From sequence record MT446408.1: a stretch of 64,000 nucleotides of DNA; one strand, 5' to 3'. Position numbers and translations under genes: made by a program. The stretch's first letter is position 1. Each line of letters opens with the position of its first letter. The notes beneath the pieces are model-generated. The model was not told the DNA's origin. It did no database searches and saw only the letters and a program-made list of their open reading frames with translations. The stretch is from Escherichia virus TH35. This document shows positions 29,835-39,762 of this stretch, one piece after another.

Positions 29835-30221
29835 TCAAGTAGACACTGGAAAGCTTTGTTTTATTTCCACGGCAAGGCAAGTCGTCCAACCATCTTGGTC
29901 AAACCATGTCGTTTCATCTTCCATTTTATACGTTTTCCCACCAAACACAAAATAGTCGCCGGAAGCGTCGCGGTCAAGGTCAACAATGTCTTTGTCTACC
30001 CAGATTTTGACATAGTTCTTTTGAAGCTCCAATCCAAGCTCGACGTATTGATTTCGAAGAACAGCCTGCACCGAAGCAAGTAGCGTGATTGGTTCTTCAT
30101 AAGTGGTAACGTAGTTGCGCATTTTATCAAGGGTGCGCCCCTTGTACATGTAATATTGAATCGGTTGGCGACCGATGACCTTTGTCGCAACTCGATATAA
30201 GTTTACGCCAGGAATCCTCAC
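29835..30221 (-). CDS. Hypothetical protein (128 aa)
   Basis: ORF track; position. Confidence 0.5.
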   Translation of the reverse strand: MRIPGVNLYRVATKVIGRQPIQYYMYKGRTLDKMRNYVTTYEEPITLLASVQAVLRNQYVELGLELQKNYVKIWVDKDIVDLDRDASGDYFVFGGKTYKMEDETTWFDQDGWTTCLAVEIKQSFPVST

Positions 30222-30682
30222 CAGAATACCCCACCAATTTTACGAAATCCTTCGCGCTCTGGAAGACCGCCAAACGACAAGCCGCCGACAGCCAGTGCTT
30301 GCAGAAGCGCCCAAAGCGCCATGCCATAAGGAGTGCTTGAAAGCCAGTATTCCCAACCATCACTTGCAGGCGGCGCTACCTTATTCACGGTGATGTCACC
30401 GATTGTTGCACCAGTCACGAAGCCGCCTTGTTCAACTCCGTCACCAGAAGACACAGACACCTGTTGGTCTGTGGCTATGCATAAAAGATGAGCCGTCATA
30501 TATTCCAATGCCAGCTCCAATTTACTGCCATTTAAAACACGACAAGGACTGTCTTGTGATTCAATAAATTCACATGCCATGTCATAGAATACTTGAAGCG
30601 TTGTGTCAGGGAATTTTACCTGATCAGCAAACTGTGGAAATTTTATTCTGAACTTTTCGTAATCTAATGACATGGCATTCAC
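30218..30682 (-). CDS. Hypothetical protein (154 aa)
   Basis: ORF track; position. Confidence 0.5.
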   Translation of the reverse strand: MNAMSLDYEKFRIKFPQFADQVKFPDTTLQVFYDMACEFIESQDSPCRVLNGSKLELALEYMTAHLLCIATDQQVSVSSGDGVEQGGFVTGATIGDITVNKVAPPASDGWEYWLSSTPYGMALWALLQALAVGGLSFGGLPEREGFRKIGGVFW

Positions 30683-30687
30683 CTTAT

Positions 30688-31152
30688 TTAAACGCGGAAC
30701 AAATCATCTTCTTGTTCGCCGCTCAATTTAACCTTGATGCGCTTGTCAGCCGTCTCACGCGTCATAGGTGCGAACGGGTCATCTGACATGCCGCGCACTT
30801 CTTTAGCGACAGCTTTATGATTGCCAACGATGTCGTGGTTAACCACTTTAACCAGACCTTTTTCAAGGTGCTGCTTGAATACGTGATGATCTTTTAAATG
30901 TTCAAAATCAGCATCGCTTACAACGGTGACGATTCCTTCAGGAGTCCACAAAGGTGCACCATCAGCGCCTTTTGCCATTTCACCAAAGCCGGAAGTTGCC
31001 GAAGTAAGACCAGCACCGCCCTTGATCAGAATCTGTTTGCGAATATTTGGAAGAGCGCCTGAACCAGCTTTTGCATTCGGGTTTTCTTTCACTTCCGTAT
31101 AGAAAGTGTAGTTGACTGACATAGACATAGTTGAAACGATGTATTTTGGCAT
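30688..31152 (-). CDS. Hypothetical virion protein downstream of capsid gene
   Basis: ORF track 154 aa; position. Confidence 0.5.
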   Translation of the reverse strand: MPKYIVSTMSMSVNYTFYTEVKENPNAKAGSGALPNIRKQILIKGGAGLTSATSGFGEMAKGADGAPLWTPEGIVTVVSDADFEHLKDHHVFKQHLEKGLVKVVNHDIVGNHKAVAKEVRGMSDDPFAPMTRETADKRIKVKLSGEQEDDLFRV

Positions 31153-31267
31153 TTTGTAGTCCTATTTATATAAGCCTCAGATAAGCCCCTACAGCCCTTG
31201 AGGTCTATTGATATGGGGCGAAGCCTTTCGACCACGCCCCATGTGTTTTACTGTGTAATCACAGCAA

Positions 31268-32407
31268 TTAGATACCAGTCATACGGACGACTGCGAAAGG
31301 ACGCTTGAGCAGAACGCCTGCTGTTGCGTTTGCGTAGTCTTCAACGTAGCTCTTAGCGCGTTTCTCAACGCCCAGAGTCATAAACTTAGTCTGGACCAGC
31401 TGACTGAATACGGAACCATCATCGCTTGAGCCATCAATTGAGGAATCGATGTGATCAGCGTACAGATATGCCACGTTCAGGAAAGTCGGGTCACTGCCAA
31501 GTGCACCGTTGAGTTCCGGTGCAGATTTGATCTTCATCTTCGGATAAGTCTGGGTGATCCAGTCACGTACAGAAATACCGAAGTCGGTGGTGTTTGACAG
31601 CCAATCAATAGAGTTGGTCGGCAGCGCCAGAGTCATATCAACCTTCTCTGGATCAATCTGGTCCTGAGAGTTGACACGGATTTGACGAACCATCAAACGG
31701 ATGTCTGCAGTCACCTGTTGGAAGGTCGCAGTAGCCCAGCCGGAAGTGGTGTTTGAAGTCATTGCCGCTGGCAGGTTTGGATCATTCAGGAAGCCGAACG
31801 TGCGGTTGTTCCCGTTATACCAACCATAGAAGCCGATTGCGTTACGCATGATTTCCAGAGATACAGCAGCCTGCTGGCGCTTGGTCTCTGCAGAGTTCAG
31901 ACGCATCGCAGACGCGCGGCCTTCTTCCAGCATGCCGACTGCCATGCCCATTTCACCGCGAACGATGGAACGGCGTTCAAAGTTCACGTTCCAGCTTGCC
32001 AGAGGAATAGAGGTGAAATCACCATATTCAACTGCGGTGCCAGCTGGTTCAACGATGCCCTGAACGATTTCTGCATCTTCCCACTGACCAACGGTGTCAA
32101 TACCAACCAGCTCGTCAATTTTACGGGCAGCGGTCATGATTTTGACGAAGCCAGGCAGCCACTGTTGCAGGAACTGCAGCGGGGTCGGGATTGATGGCGT
32201 GGTTTGCGGCGCAGTAAATGCGGCGTCACCTACGCGGAAAGCGCCTGCACGGTTTAAGTGCTCAATCTGATCACGCACAATCGCGGAATCAAACACAATA
32301 CCGATACGCGCAAGCTGGGAAACAGCCGCGTCGGTCACGGATTGCATATCAAAAGGGCGCACCTTGCTCGCTGGGAGGCGAGAGTGTGTTTGGCTAATGC
32401 GAGTCAT
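31268..32407 (-). CDS. Major capsid protein
   Basis: ORF track 379 aa; size and position after scaffold/protease gene; followed by hairpin at about 31215-31245. Confidence 0.8.
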   Translation of the reverse strand: MTRISQTHSRLPASKVRPFDMQSVTDAAVSQLARIGIVFDSAIVRDQIEHLNRAGAFRVGDAAFTAPQTTPSIPTPLQFLQQWLPGFVKIMTAARKIDELVGIDTVGQWEDAEIVQGIVEPAGTAVEYGDFTSIPLASWNVNFERRSIVRGEMGMAVGMLEEGRASAMRLNSAETKRQQAAVSLEIMRNAIGFYGWYNGNNRTFGFLNDPNLPAAMTSNTTSGWATATFQQVTADIRLMVRQIRVNSQDQIDPEKVDMTLALPTNSIDWLSNTTDFGISVRDWITQTYPKMKIKSAPELNGALGSDPTFLNVAYLYADHIDSSIDGSSDDGSVFSQLVQTKFMTLGVEKRAKSYVEDYANATAGVLLKRPFAVVRMTGI

Positions 32408-32421
32408 TATTCACCTGCCTA

Positions 32422-33039
32422 TTAACGAGTCAATTGTACAATGGTATAAGTGGAAGACTGGACGCTTGGGCCGGAAAGGGCAATAGTCGTCGGGTCAATC
32501 ACAATACCGCCTGGGATGGCAACCATGCCAGTTGGCAATGAGCCAGTATAGGCGATAATTGCACCAATAGGCAAGTTGTTCGGGTTGTTACCGCTGGAAA
32601 TGCCTTTAGGTACATAAGCAAGCAGGTCGCCATAGTTAAGCGTCTGCGGACTGGTGCTTGGGTTGAATACTTCAACTACGAGGCCCGTGCACATATCATA
32701 GAACTCGCCTTCGCTATATTGAGGCAGAACCATGCTGGCACCCAAAGGACCAGTAGAGTTGCCATACAGCGCGTAACGCTTGCTATTGCCGAGGATGCCG
32801 TAGTAGTTAGTGCCGCCCAGCTCAACTTCAAAGTCCTGCGCGCCCAAAGTTTTGGTTTGACCAGTACCCATTAAGGATACGTCAGTCTTAAAACCGAACA
32901 CACGGCTGATGGCGTTTACGTTTGCGCCTTCGTTAGCGTTGGCAATTCGGCCTGGCTTCCCACGCTGTGGGCCGTCGCGAACGATGTCGCCAGGAAAGCC
33001 AGTTGTATATTGACGGCCTACACTAGTTTGGAAAGTCAT
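32422..33039 (-). CDS. Hypothetical head protein (decoration protein candidate)
   Basis: ORF track 32422-33060; start moved to internal ATG 33039. Confidence 0.5.
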   Translation of the reverse strand: MTFQTSVGRQYTTGFPGDIVRDGPQRGKPGRIANANEGANVNAISRVFGFKTDVSLMGTGQTKTLGAQDFEVELGGTNYYGILGNSKRYALYGNSTGPLGASMVLPQYSEGEFYDMCTGLVVEVFNPSTSPQTLNYGDLLAYVPKGISSGNNPNNLPIGAIIAYTGSLPTGMVAIPGGIVIDPTTIALSGPSVQSSTYTIVQLTR

Positions 33040-33041
33040 GT

Positions 33042-34460
33042 TTATTCCCCTTTCAACCAAGCTTCAAACGCTTCGTCAGTTGCTGCAGAATCCGCAGCGG
33101 CCTTTTGTTTTGCGACTACACGCTGTTTTTGACCGTGTTCAACGCCGCGCAGATAATTATCCACCACGTCAAACTCAGCACCATCAACGCACTTCAAGCC
33201 TAACTTTTTAGCGCCATATTTCGCTACGGACTTGGAGTCCATAGTTGCATGATCAAAGGCACCAACAACTTTAGACAGGCGCTGGTAGAGGCTATTCTTA
33301 CGAGCAGAATCAGCGTAGAAAGCAGCAACTGCTGAATCAGATGCCATTGAGTGTTCCCCTTTTGCTGGACCTGGCGACGCTTTCGCCGCTTTTGTCGGTT
33401 TGTCATCTTTTTCGACCGAAGCCCCCTTTACGTTGCTGTTTTGCAGGCCGCTAACCACATCTTCAGCTTTGTCGCAAGGTGATACATCTTCAGCCTTGAC
33501 TTCAACTTCTTCGTCTTTGACTTCGGCTTCAACTTCTTCTTCATCACCTACCGCGCCACCTTTCAGTTTTGCAATAAGTGCTTCGATTTGGCTGATCAGT
33601 TGCGGAAGCTCGCCGCCAGCGTGAGATTCAGTTTCAACTTCAAACTTCTCTTCACCTTCTGGAGTCTCTTCAGCTTCTGCTTTGACTTCTGGATCAACCA
33701 TCACTTCTTCACGTTCTTCGGTTGAATCCTTCTCTTCTGCTTTCACTTCAACTTCGTCCTGATGAGCAGCTTCGGTGCTCTCTTCATTCAGAAATTGTTC
33801 GAGCGCAGGGATCAGTGATTTCAGCTGTTCAACAGCATTATCACGCGCTTTACCTTTTAACGGTTTTGGCATGTCTAAATCCTCGTTGGATGGTGTTACA
33901 GTCGTCAAACAAAGATGGTCAAAGCAACGACCATCCAGCACCCGTGCACCTGGTACTCGACCAACGTCCACGAGAGCAATGTGGTTGCCGCGAAGAGTTG
34001 TCTGTACCACTTCATACGGCTGCCCGTCAAACTCTCCAGACTGTATGATGAATTCACAGTCATAGCCCAAAGACAAGTCAACCTTTCCAGAATCGATGGC
34101 CTTCTTCAGACGACGGCTAAAAACTTTAAGGTCGCCGCGCATCCATGGCTTGTCATAATAAACATTGCCAGTTAGAACGCCATCAACGCCATACTCTTCG
34201 GGTGCTGTGTTATCCTCATCACCTTCGAATCCAGAAAGCATTTCGTGATTGTCGATGAAAGGGATATTTTTGAATGAATCTATCGCTTCGGGGTCTTTCA
34301 CCGCTGACTCTGGGCGATAAACTTTTACGATGCGATTCGGATCACCATCAAGTCCAACCTGACCTGCAGAATAATCAAAAATGCCAAATGACGAAATGGG
34401 ACAACCCACAATCGTCAAGAATCCATTTTTGTCAATTTCGCGTGCCGTTTGCATTCGCAT
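33042..34460 (-). CDS. Prohead scaffolding / protease-like protein with acidic coiled-coil central region
   Basis: ORF track 472 aa; long E/K/A/V-rich low-complexity segment; position upstream of capsid gene. Confidence 0.55.
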   Translation of the reverse strand: MRMQTAREIDKNGFLTIVGCPISSFGIFDYSAGQVGLDGDPNRIVKVYRPESAVKDPEAIDSFKNIPFIDNHEMLSGFEGDEDNTAPEEYGVDGVLTGNVYYDKPWMRGDLKVFSRRLKKAIDSGKVDLSLGYDCEFIIQSGEFDGQPYEVVQTTLRGNHIALVDVGRVPGARVLDGRCFDHLCLTTVTPSNEDLDMPKPLKGKARDNAVEQLKSLIPALEQFLNEESTEAAHQDEVEVKAEEKDSTEEREEVMVDPEVKAEAEETPEGEEKFEVETESHAGGELPQLISQIEALIAKLKGGAVGDEEEVEAEVKDEEVEVKAEDVSPCDKAEDVVSGLQNSNVKGASVEKDDKPTKAAKASPGPAKGEHSMASDSAVAAFYADSARKNSLYQRLSKVVGAFDHATMDSKSVAKYGAKKLGLKCVDGAEFDVVDNYLRGVEHGQKQRVVAKQKAAADSAATDEAFEAWLKGE

Positions 34461-34564
34461 CCACCCTCAAATAAGTATTGTGTATTATATCTAATGAAAA
34501 AAACTTAGGCAAACAATAATTATGGTTTGAATATGTATAACAACCGATATAGCCGCGCCTTAAT

Positions 34565-34835
34565 TAGTGTGATACGGATGATACGGATAAAATGAGGCGT
34601 ATTTTTATCCGTATCGGTGTATAAGCCGCGCTATCACTGGTGTGCTACGGATGATACGGATGATACGGATACTTTTCATATATAAGAGTTTATAAAAAAA
34701 AATAAAATTAAATTAGATATATAATTTTAAATTAATTTATTTGAATTCCTATAAAGTATCGCGGCAACGCGTATCATCCGTATCATCCGTAAGATTCTTT
34801 TGAAAACAACTACTTACTTGATACGGATGATACGT
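34565..34835. repeat. Iteron-like array of GATACGGAT 9-mers (both orientations) flanking a ~70-bp AT-rich core
   Basis: About 9 copies read directly; 21-mer ATCCGTATCATCCGTAAGATT is shared with 50974-50994. Confidence 0.6.
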
Positions 34836-34878
34836 CATTATACGCGTAAAATCCTGCGGCAATCCATTGCCAGGCGAT

Positions 34879-35016
34879 TCAGTGAATATTAAAAAGCACT
34901 CCAGCAACTAAAACGCCAATCAGCATCGAGTCGTAAACAGCCCATTTCCAAGAAAGCAAAGAGTTGCAATTAATATTTCGCACTTTAACGTAACGTGACT
35001 GAATAATCTTTTGCAT
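34879..35016 (-). CDS. Small membrane peptide (45 aa), not in ORF track
   Basis: ATG 35016 with strong RBS AGAGGAAG; hand translation MQKIIQSRYVKVRNINCNSLLSWKWAVYDSMLIGVLVAGVLFNIH. Confidence 0.35.
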   Translation of the reverse strand: MQKIIQSRYVKVRNINCNSLLSWKWAVYDSMLIGVLVAGVLFNIH

Positions 35017-35026
35017 AACTTCCTCT

Positions 35027-35947
35027 TTAGTTCAACTTAATTGCGGTGATCTGTCCGTAAACGGTAGATGTCAATGCGTCTGTGCATTGATAGTTTAGAT
35101 ACACGTTGCCAGGCGCGGCAAGAGTAATTATCTTTGTTGGAATATTGCCGCCGAAACGACCTGCAGCCCGAATGCCAGCAGACATCGTGAATGCATCATC
35201 CGTAATATCTGAATTACTTGTTGACAATTTTACTGTAATTCCGGTATTCGCTTGAACTCCTTCTGTTGCTACAGTCAACTGACTTGCTGTCACAAGCCAT
35301 TTCCCTGCAGGCAGGTTTAATGTTGCCAGATTCACCAGAGTTGTCGGAGGATTGCTTACACTATTGCTTGTGTTTTGCACATTGCTTGCAGCAGCATTAA
35401 GAACTCCAGAACCATCAATTGATAGTGTCGTTCCTACTTTTACGCCACCCAAGGTTGATGCTGATGCAATCGGTAACGAGTATTGAGTAACACTAATTGT
35501 ACCGTCACCTGCAACACTTATGCCACTTCCTATCTTGACGCCGCCGAGAATAGAAGCCGTTGCCGCTGGTAACGTGTATTGGTTGCCGCTGGATTTGACT
35601 ACCTTAACGGCGACAGCATTCTTGGAACCTCCAGACTCCATGCCTATAATCACTGCTTCTCCAAAAGCGATGGTGATTGTAGATGCAGTTAAACCAGTCT
35701 GCACGTCTGTTATGTTCATTTTGGGAACTGAAAGTGTCAGATTCGGCTTGCTGGTAGAATCGCCATCATTACCGATCATAAAGAATTGACCAACTGAATT
35801 GTATCCAGACGCCAATGGCGGACTCAATGGAACAATCAGGTTTTTATCGGATGTAAATTCTGAAACAATCGCCAAACCGTTAGCATATACAGCAGGCAAT
35901 ACTGGCGTTTGTCCAGATAGAGGAAACGTGCTGATTGGTATCGTCAT
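35027..35947 (-). CDS. Fiber-like structural protein with internal tandem repeats
   Basis: ORF track 35027-36016; start moved to ATG 35947 (RBS GAGGT); repeats YTLPAATASILGGVKIGSGISVAGDGTISV and YSLPIASASTLGGVKVGTTLSIDGSGVLN. Confidence 0.6.
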   Translation of the reverse strand: MTIPISTFPLSGQTPVLPAVYANGLAIVSEFTSDKNLIVPLSPPLASGYNSVGQFFMIGNDGDSTSKPNLTLSVPKMNITDVQTGLTASTITIAFGEAVIIGMESGGSKNAVAVKVVKSSGNQYTLPAATASILGGVKIGSGISVAGDGTISVTQYSLPIASASTLGGVKVGTTLSIDGSGVLNAAASNVQNTSNSVSNPPTTLVNLATLNLPAGKWLVTASQLTVATEGVQANTGITVKLSTSNSDITDDAFTMSAGIRAAGRFGGNIPTKIITLAAPGNVYLNYQCTDALTSTVYGQITAIKLN

Positions 35948-35954
35948 AATGACC

Positions 35955-36806
35955 TCAAATGATTGGTATTTTTCTGCACTTGCAGTGTATTGCCCATCCA
36001 GGAGGACCGATGTCACCCTTTTTGAACTTCAATTCGCCGCCAACTTCCCATAGGCGCTTGTCATCAAGTTTGAATCTCATTCCGTCGACGTGTTCATGAG
36101 AGATTCGCGGCTCCTTTCCTGCTCCTGAGTGCGCCCACTCAAATTCTTCGACTCCATTCTGGCGCATCCTTTCATCGCTTAGAACGCAATACAATTTGCT
36201 TGTCTGGTCTTTAGCGATCAAGTCGACTCTCTTTGCAGAGAAGTGTTTTACGTTTCGCAATGCCGCCTGAATGCCTGACGTGCCTTGCTGGGCTGGGTCG
36301 GGAGAAGTCAGCGAAAGCATGACTGCTTCGTACACTCTGTTGTGAATATCCTCGCCGACCTTAGTCACTAGAGTCGTGTTAAACTTCTCGCTTGTTCTAA
36401 GAGTGTTCTCAACGAATTTGTTATATGTGGCCTTTGGCGCTTCTATGCCTGCGGACTTAAGGCTTGCGAATGTAGCAGAAGTGGCACCCTTTTCGACCGA
36501 TTTGATAAAATCAGCGGCAATCTTCGACCCAACACGTGCAAACGCCTTTGCCCATTTCAGTTGCAGCCGTTTCATAAGGGTCTGGAATGTCGAATCAGCA
36601 GAGTCCTGCGCAAAAAACTTCTGCACCTGCTTCTTGTCAAGCCATTCTGAAATGCCTGCCTGATAGTCATCAATCATCGCATAGCAAAGACCTTTCATCT
36701 CACGACGGTAGGCCATCGCAATAGCGTTTGATGGGATTATCGGACTGCCGCGCCCGATTCTATCGGGTGAGCGGCGTTCACGTTTTTTCGAAGCTTTAAA
36801 AGCCAT
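35955..36806 (-). CDS. Head morphogenesis protein (MuF-like minor capsid protein)
   Basis: ORF track 35955-36869; start moved to ATG 36806 just after portal stop; position between portal and capsid genes. Confidence 0.65.
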   Translation of the reverse strand: MAFKASKKRERRSPDRIGRGSPIIPSNAIAMAYRREMKGLCYAMIDDYQAGISEWLDKKQVQKFFAQDSADSTFQTLMKRLQLKWAKAFARVGSKIAADFIKSVEKGATSATFASLKSAGIEAPKATYNKFVENTLRTSEKFNTTLVTKVGEDIHNRVYEAVMLSLTSPDPAQQGTSGIQAALRNVKHFSAKRVDLIAKDQTSKLYCVLSDERMRQNGVEEFEWAHSGAGKEPRISHEHVDGMRFKLDDKRLWEVGGELKFKKGDIGPPGWAIHCKCRKIPII

Positions 36807-36807
36807 A

Positions 36808-39183
36808 TCAACCTTGCTTCGGTGAATTAGTAGGATTATTGAGTGCTCCGTATGCTTGAGAGCAATCACCCTTCAACCACTCCTTGAATGAGTTCACATC
36901 TAATTCGTGGATTGAGTCGAATCCGTTCCAACCGTTACCAAATGATGCTTGATAAGCTTCTTTCGCTTCTTCTGCTGAATCGAATCCAAGCATACACTTG
37001 TGTTCATCAAACTCGCCAGAGTAGTTATCGTTTTGGTTCACGATAAAGACTTTCGGCGACTTCAGATTTGGACCCACAAAGCAGTCGACTTCATCACCGT
37101 CTGCGCCCTTGGTGCCCTTGATGAATCCGTAGTGGTGCGGCATCTTCACGGCCCATTCACCGTCAAGGCTGTTTCCTCTACGAATGCTGTTTCGCGGATT
37201 CTCAATGCCAAGAATCATTCCGTGCAACTTCATCTTAGGTAATGATGCTGCGTCCATTTTACCCACGTTGTGGCGTAAGTTGACGACGTGTCCTTTAACG
37301 CTTGGAAGGGTAGACGGTTGCACCGACCGTGAATCTTTTTGAGGGTCAAAATCCACATCCTGACCTTCTTTCAGGTAGTAATCCGCAATACCCTCCAGCC
37401 CTTCTTTCAACTGCGTTAGGACATCAACCTTATGGCTTGATTCATCATCGGTATCGTCCATGTTGATTTCGACAGGCGCTTTGTCAGGGTTTTCCGCCAA
37501 CTCACCACGCGCGGCACCCTCTGGCATAATACCTGTTTCGCTATAGAACTGGCCGCCCATCTTAACGACATCAGCTTTCGCCTGTTCAATATCGGCCTTA
37601 CCTTGCAGGACTTCACCAGCAGACTTGCCAAGCAATGCCATATTCTCTGGAGACATCCCTGGGGTTTCTTCTGCCGCGTCTTCCGGCAGACGGTTGTAGC
37701 CGCTGTTTTTGTCGTCTTTGATGCGGTCGCGCTCTTCATCAGGAGAAATGACGCCAGCATCAATAAGAGTTTTGCCAGTGTTGGCTCGCTTATCATTGAT
37801 TTCTGCAAGTTGAGTAGCAGTAAGTGAGCCAACTGGTTCCCATGCAACCTTAACATCGACATCCACCCCTTCTGATTTGAGAAGGATTTTGTAATGGCGG
37901 TCGAGAATTTTTGTCAGGTCATGCTGCTGGCACGTTTCCAACTCTTCGTGATAGCTGACCATCTCGAATTCACCAGTGGCGTTAAAGCCTTTTGGCGAAG
38001 TCCCAAGCAGTTTGGTCGACGGAACTTTTGCGATTGCGGCCACAAGCTGGTACTGGTTCATGATGATGCTGTCGAAGTCTGACAAGTTGATGTCAAACTG
38101 GTCCATCTCTTCTTTTTGGCCAAGCACTTTGACTGCATAGTTGTCGCGGTACTTGATCCACATCATCAGACGTTCTGCAAAAGACCGCTCATTGGCAATA
38201 GCCTTGTCAACGTCGGTCCGCAGCGTCGTTGTACGCTTGGACATCGCCAGCAATGGCGCTTCGTTGGCGGTACGTTCAGCGGCATAGATGCGTTCATAAA
38301 TCTGCTGAGTCAGAGGAATGCCGCCGTAAATATAAGTCGGCTTGAGAATATCAGCTGGCTCATCGTTGCGCAAGATTATGAGGTGGCTGCGATGATAACG
38401 TTGTCCGCTGATTACCCAATATTCTGGGTCATAGAAGTGCTGTGATGCAGGGTCTGCTGTGTTTTCAGACGTCAGAAACGGCATCATCCAATAAGGGTCA
38501 ACCTGAATGATTCCCTTATAAGACCCCTTTGTCACACCATCAATGTTAAAAGGCTTGCTGTAATATTCTGGGTCATCGCTACGCACATCAAATATGATGA
38601 CGCGGATACCAAAAATATTTTTGAATCGTTCGGCTTCAACTAAGTGCTCTTTGATATTAAATTCTTTATCAATTTGCTTTAGGCGTTCGCTTGCCTGTAC
38701 TGACAATTCTGACTCAGAACTGGATTTGACTTCCCAGCCTTTACGGACTGCATCGCGGCCTACCATGGAACACGCTTTGTTCACCAGCCAGTGCTGCGCG
38801 ATGATTGCGCAAGCTTGATAGCCGATGAATGACTGTGACAAATACCAGTTTTGAAGTTGAATAGGTACTGTGTATGGGTTGACCTGCCCTTCTGAACTGA
38901 TGTTCTTCAAGGCATTATCCATAACTTTTTTGGATACTGTTGCGGAATCGACTGAACGACCTTTTATGATAGCAACACCGTCGCCATTAATATCAGGCTC
39001 ATACAAAGGGAAGTCATCAACCGTTTTAAAGGTAGGTCGATTGCTTTCAGTCTTTTCCCAGCGTTGACCGCTGCCGCGCCTTTCAAGGCGTTCAAACGGT
39101 GCCAATGGGTCGCCTGGCGGCATCTCCGCTGGTTCGGCTTCTGGTTGCGTCTTCTCCCAGAGTTTTATGCCAAGAATTTTCAT
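36808..39183 (-). CDS. Portal protein with C-terminal inorganic-pyrophosphatase-like domain
   Basis: ORF track 36808-39216 (TTG); start moved to ATG 39183 (RBS AGGTGG); position next to large terminase; C-terminal D-G-D-E-V-D-C signature. Confidence 0.75.
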   Translation of the reverse strand: MKILGIKLWEKTQPEAEPAEMPPGDPLAPFERLERRGSGQRWEKTESNRPTFKTVDDFPLYEPDINGDGVAIIKGRSVDSATVSKKVMDNALKNISSEGQVNPYTVPIQLQNWYLSQSFIGYQACAIIAQHWLVNKACSMVGRDAVRKGWEVKSSSESELSVQASERLKQIDKEFNIKEHLVEAERFKNIFGIRVIIFDVRSDDPEYYSKPFNIDGVTKGSYKGIIQVDPYWMMPFLTSENTADPASQHFYDPEYWVISGQRYHRSHLIILRNDEPADILKPTYIYGGIPLTQQIYERIYAAERTANEAPLLAMSKRTTTLRTDVDKAIANERSFAERLMMWIKYRDNYAVKVLGQKEEMDQFDINLSDFDSIIMNQYQLVAAIAKVPSTKLLGTSPKGFNATGEFEMVSYHEELETCQQHDLTKILDRHYKILLKSEGVDVDVKVAWEPVGSLTATQLAEINDKRANTGKTLIDAGVISPDEERDRIKDDKNSGYNRLPEDAAEETPGMSPENMALLGKSAGEVLQGKADIEQAKADVVKMGGQFYSETGIMPEGAARGELAENPDKAPVEINMDDTDDESSHKVDVLTQLKEGLEGIADYYLKEGQDVDFDPQKDSRSVQPSTLPSVKGHVVNLRHNVGKMDAASLPKMKLHGMILGIENPRNSIRRGNSLDGEWAVKMPHHYGFIKGTKGADGDEVDCFVGPNLKSPKVFIVNQNDNYSGEFDEHKCMLGFDSAEEAKEAYQASFGNGWNGFDSIHELDVNSFKEWLKGDCSQAYGALNNPTNSPKQG

Positions 39184-39345
39184 TGTTAACGCCACCTGAC
39201 AGTGAAAGGGAATCAATCTATATTATAAATATTCATGTGTTTGTAAGCAAATGATATGTATGGTGATCATAAATAGTTCATAAAATATTTTGCTTTTGTA
39301 TCATTTTGAGTTATATTTTAGTTAACCAAACGAAAGGAGATTGAA

Positions 39346-39762
39346 ATGAGCACAACAATTGTATTTGTCGTCTTGAATAAAGGCGAAGTCGTTAACGTAT
39401 GTGAATATGAAGAACTGGCAAAGGCCACTGCTGCGCGATACGAAGGTGCTATTATTGACCCGTGGATTTTAGATGCGCGCAACGTCTTGCAGGCGACTTT
39501 GGATGAGTGGTTGTTGGGCCGCAAGGTCTATCCAGTAGACAACATCGACTCAATTCAAGGTGAAACAGTATACTTTGAAGATGAATGCGTTCGCGGAATC
39601 GGCAAATTTATGGGATTGTGCCCATCTTCATCCAAAAATAAATTCTATCGTATTCAAGTTGAAGAAAACGATATGTTTGATAAAGTCACGCGCTCGATTG
39701 TTCCTGGCGGCGGAACTCCAATCTTTATGGCAGAATCAGACATCAAGGGGATTATCAAATGA
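39346..39762 (+). CDS. Hypothetical protein (138 aa), opposite strand to flanking structural genes
   Basis: ORF track; RBS AAGGAGA upstream. Confidence 0.6.
   Translation: MSTTIVFVVLNKGEVVNVCEYEELAKATAARYEGAIIDPWILDARNVLQATLDEWLLGRKVYPVDNIDSIQGETVYFEDECVRGIGKFMGLCPSSSKNKFYRIQVEENDMFDKVTRSIVPGGGTPIFMAESDIKGIIK

Noticed and set aside
34565-34835. CRISPR array as an explanation for the short repeats here and at 47110-47745
   Set aside because: Repeats are 9-20 bp, irregularly spaced, in both orientations, and lack uniform spacers or any cas genes
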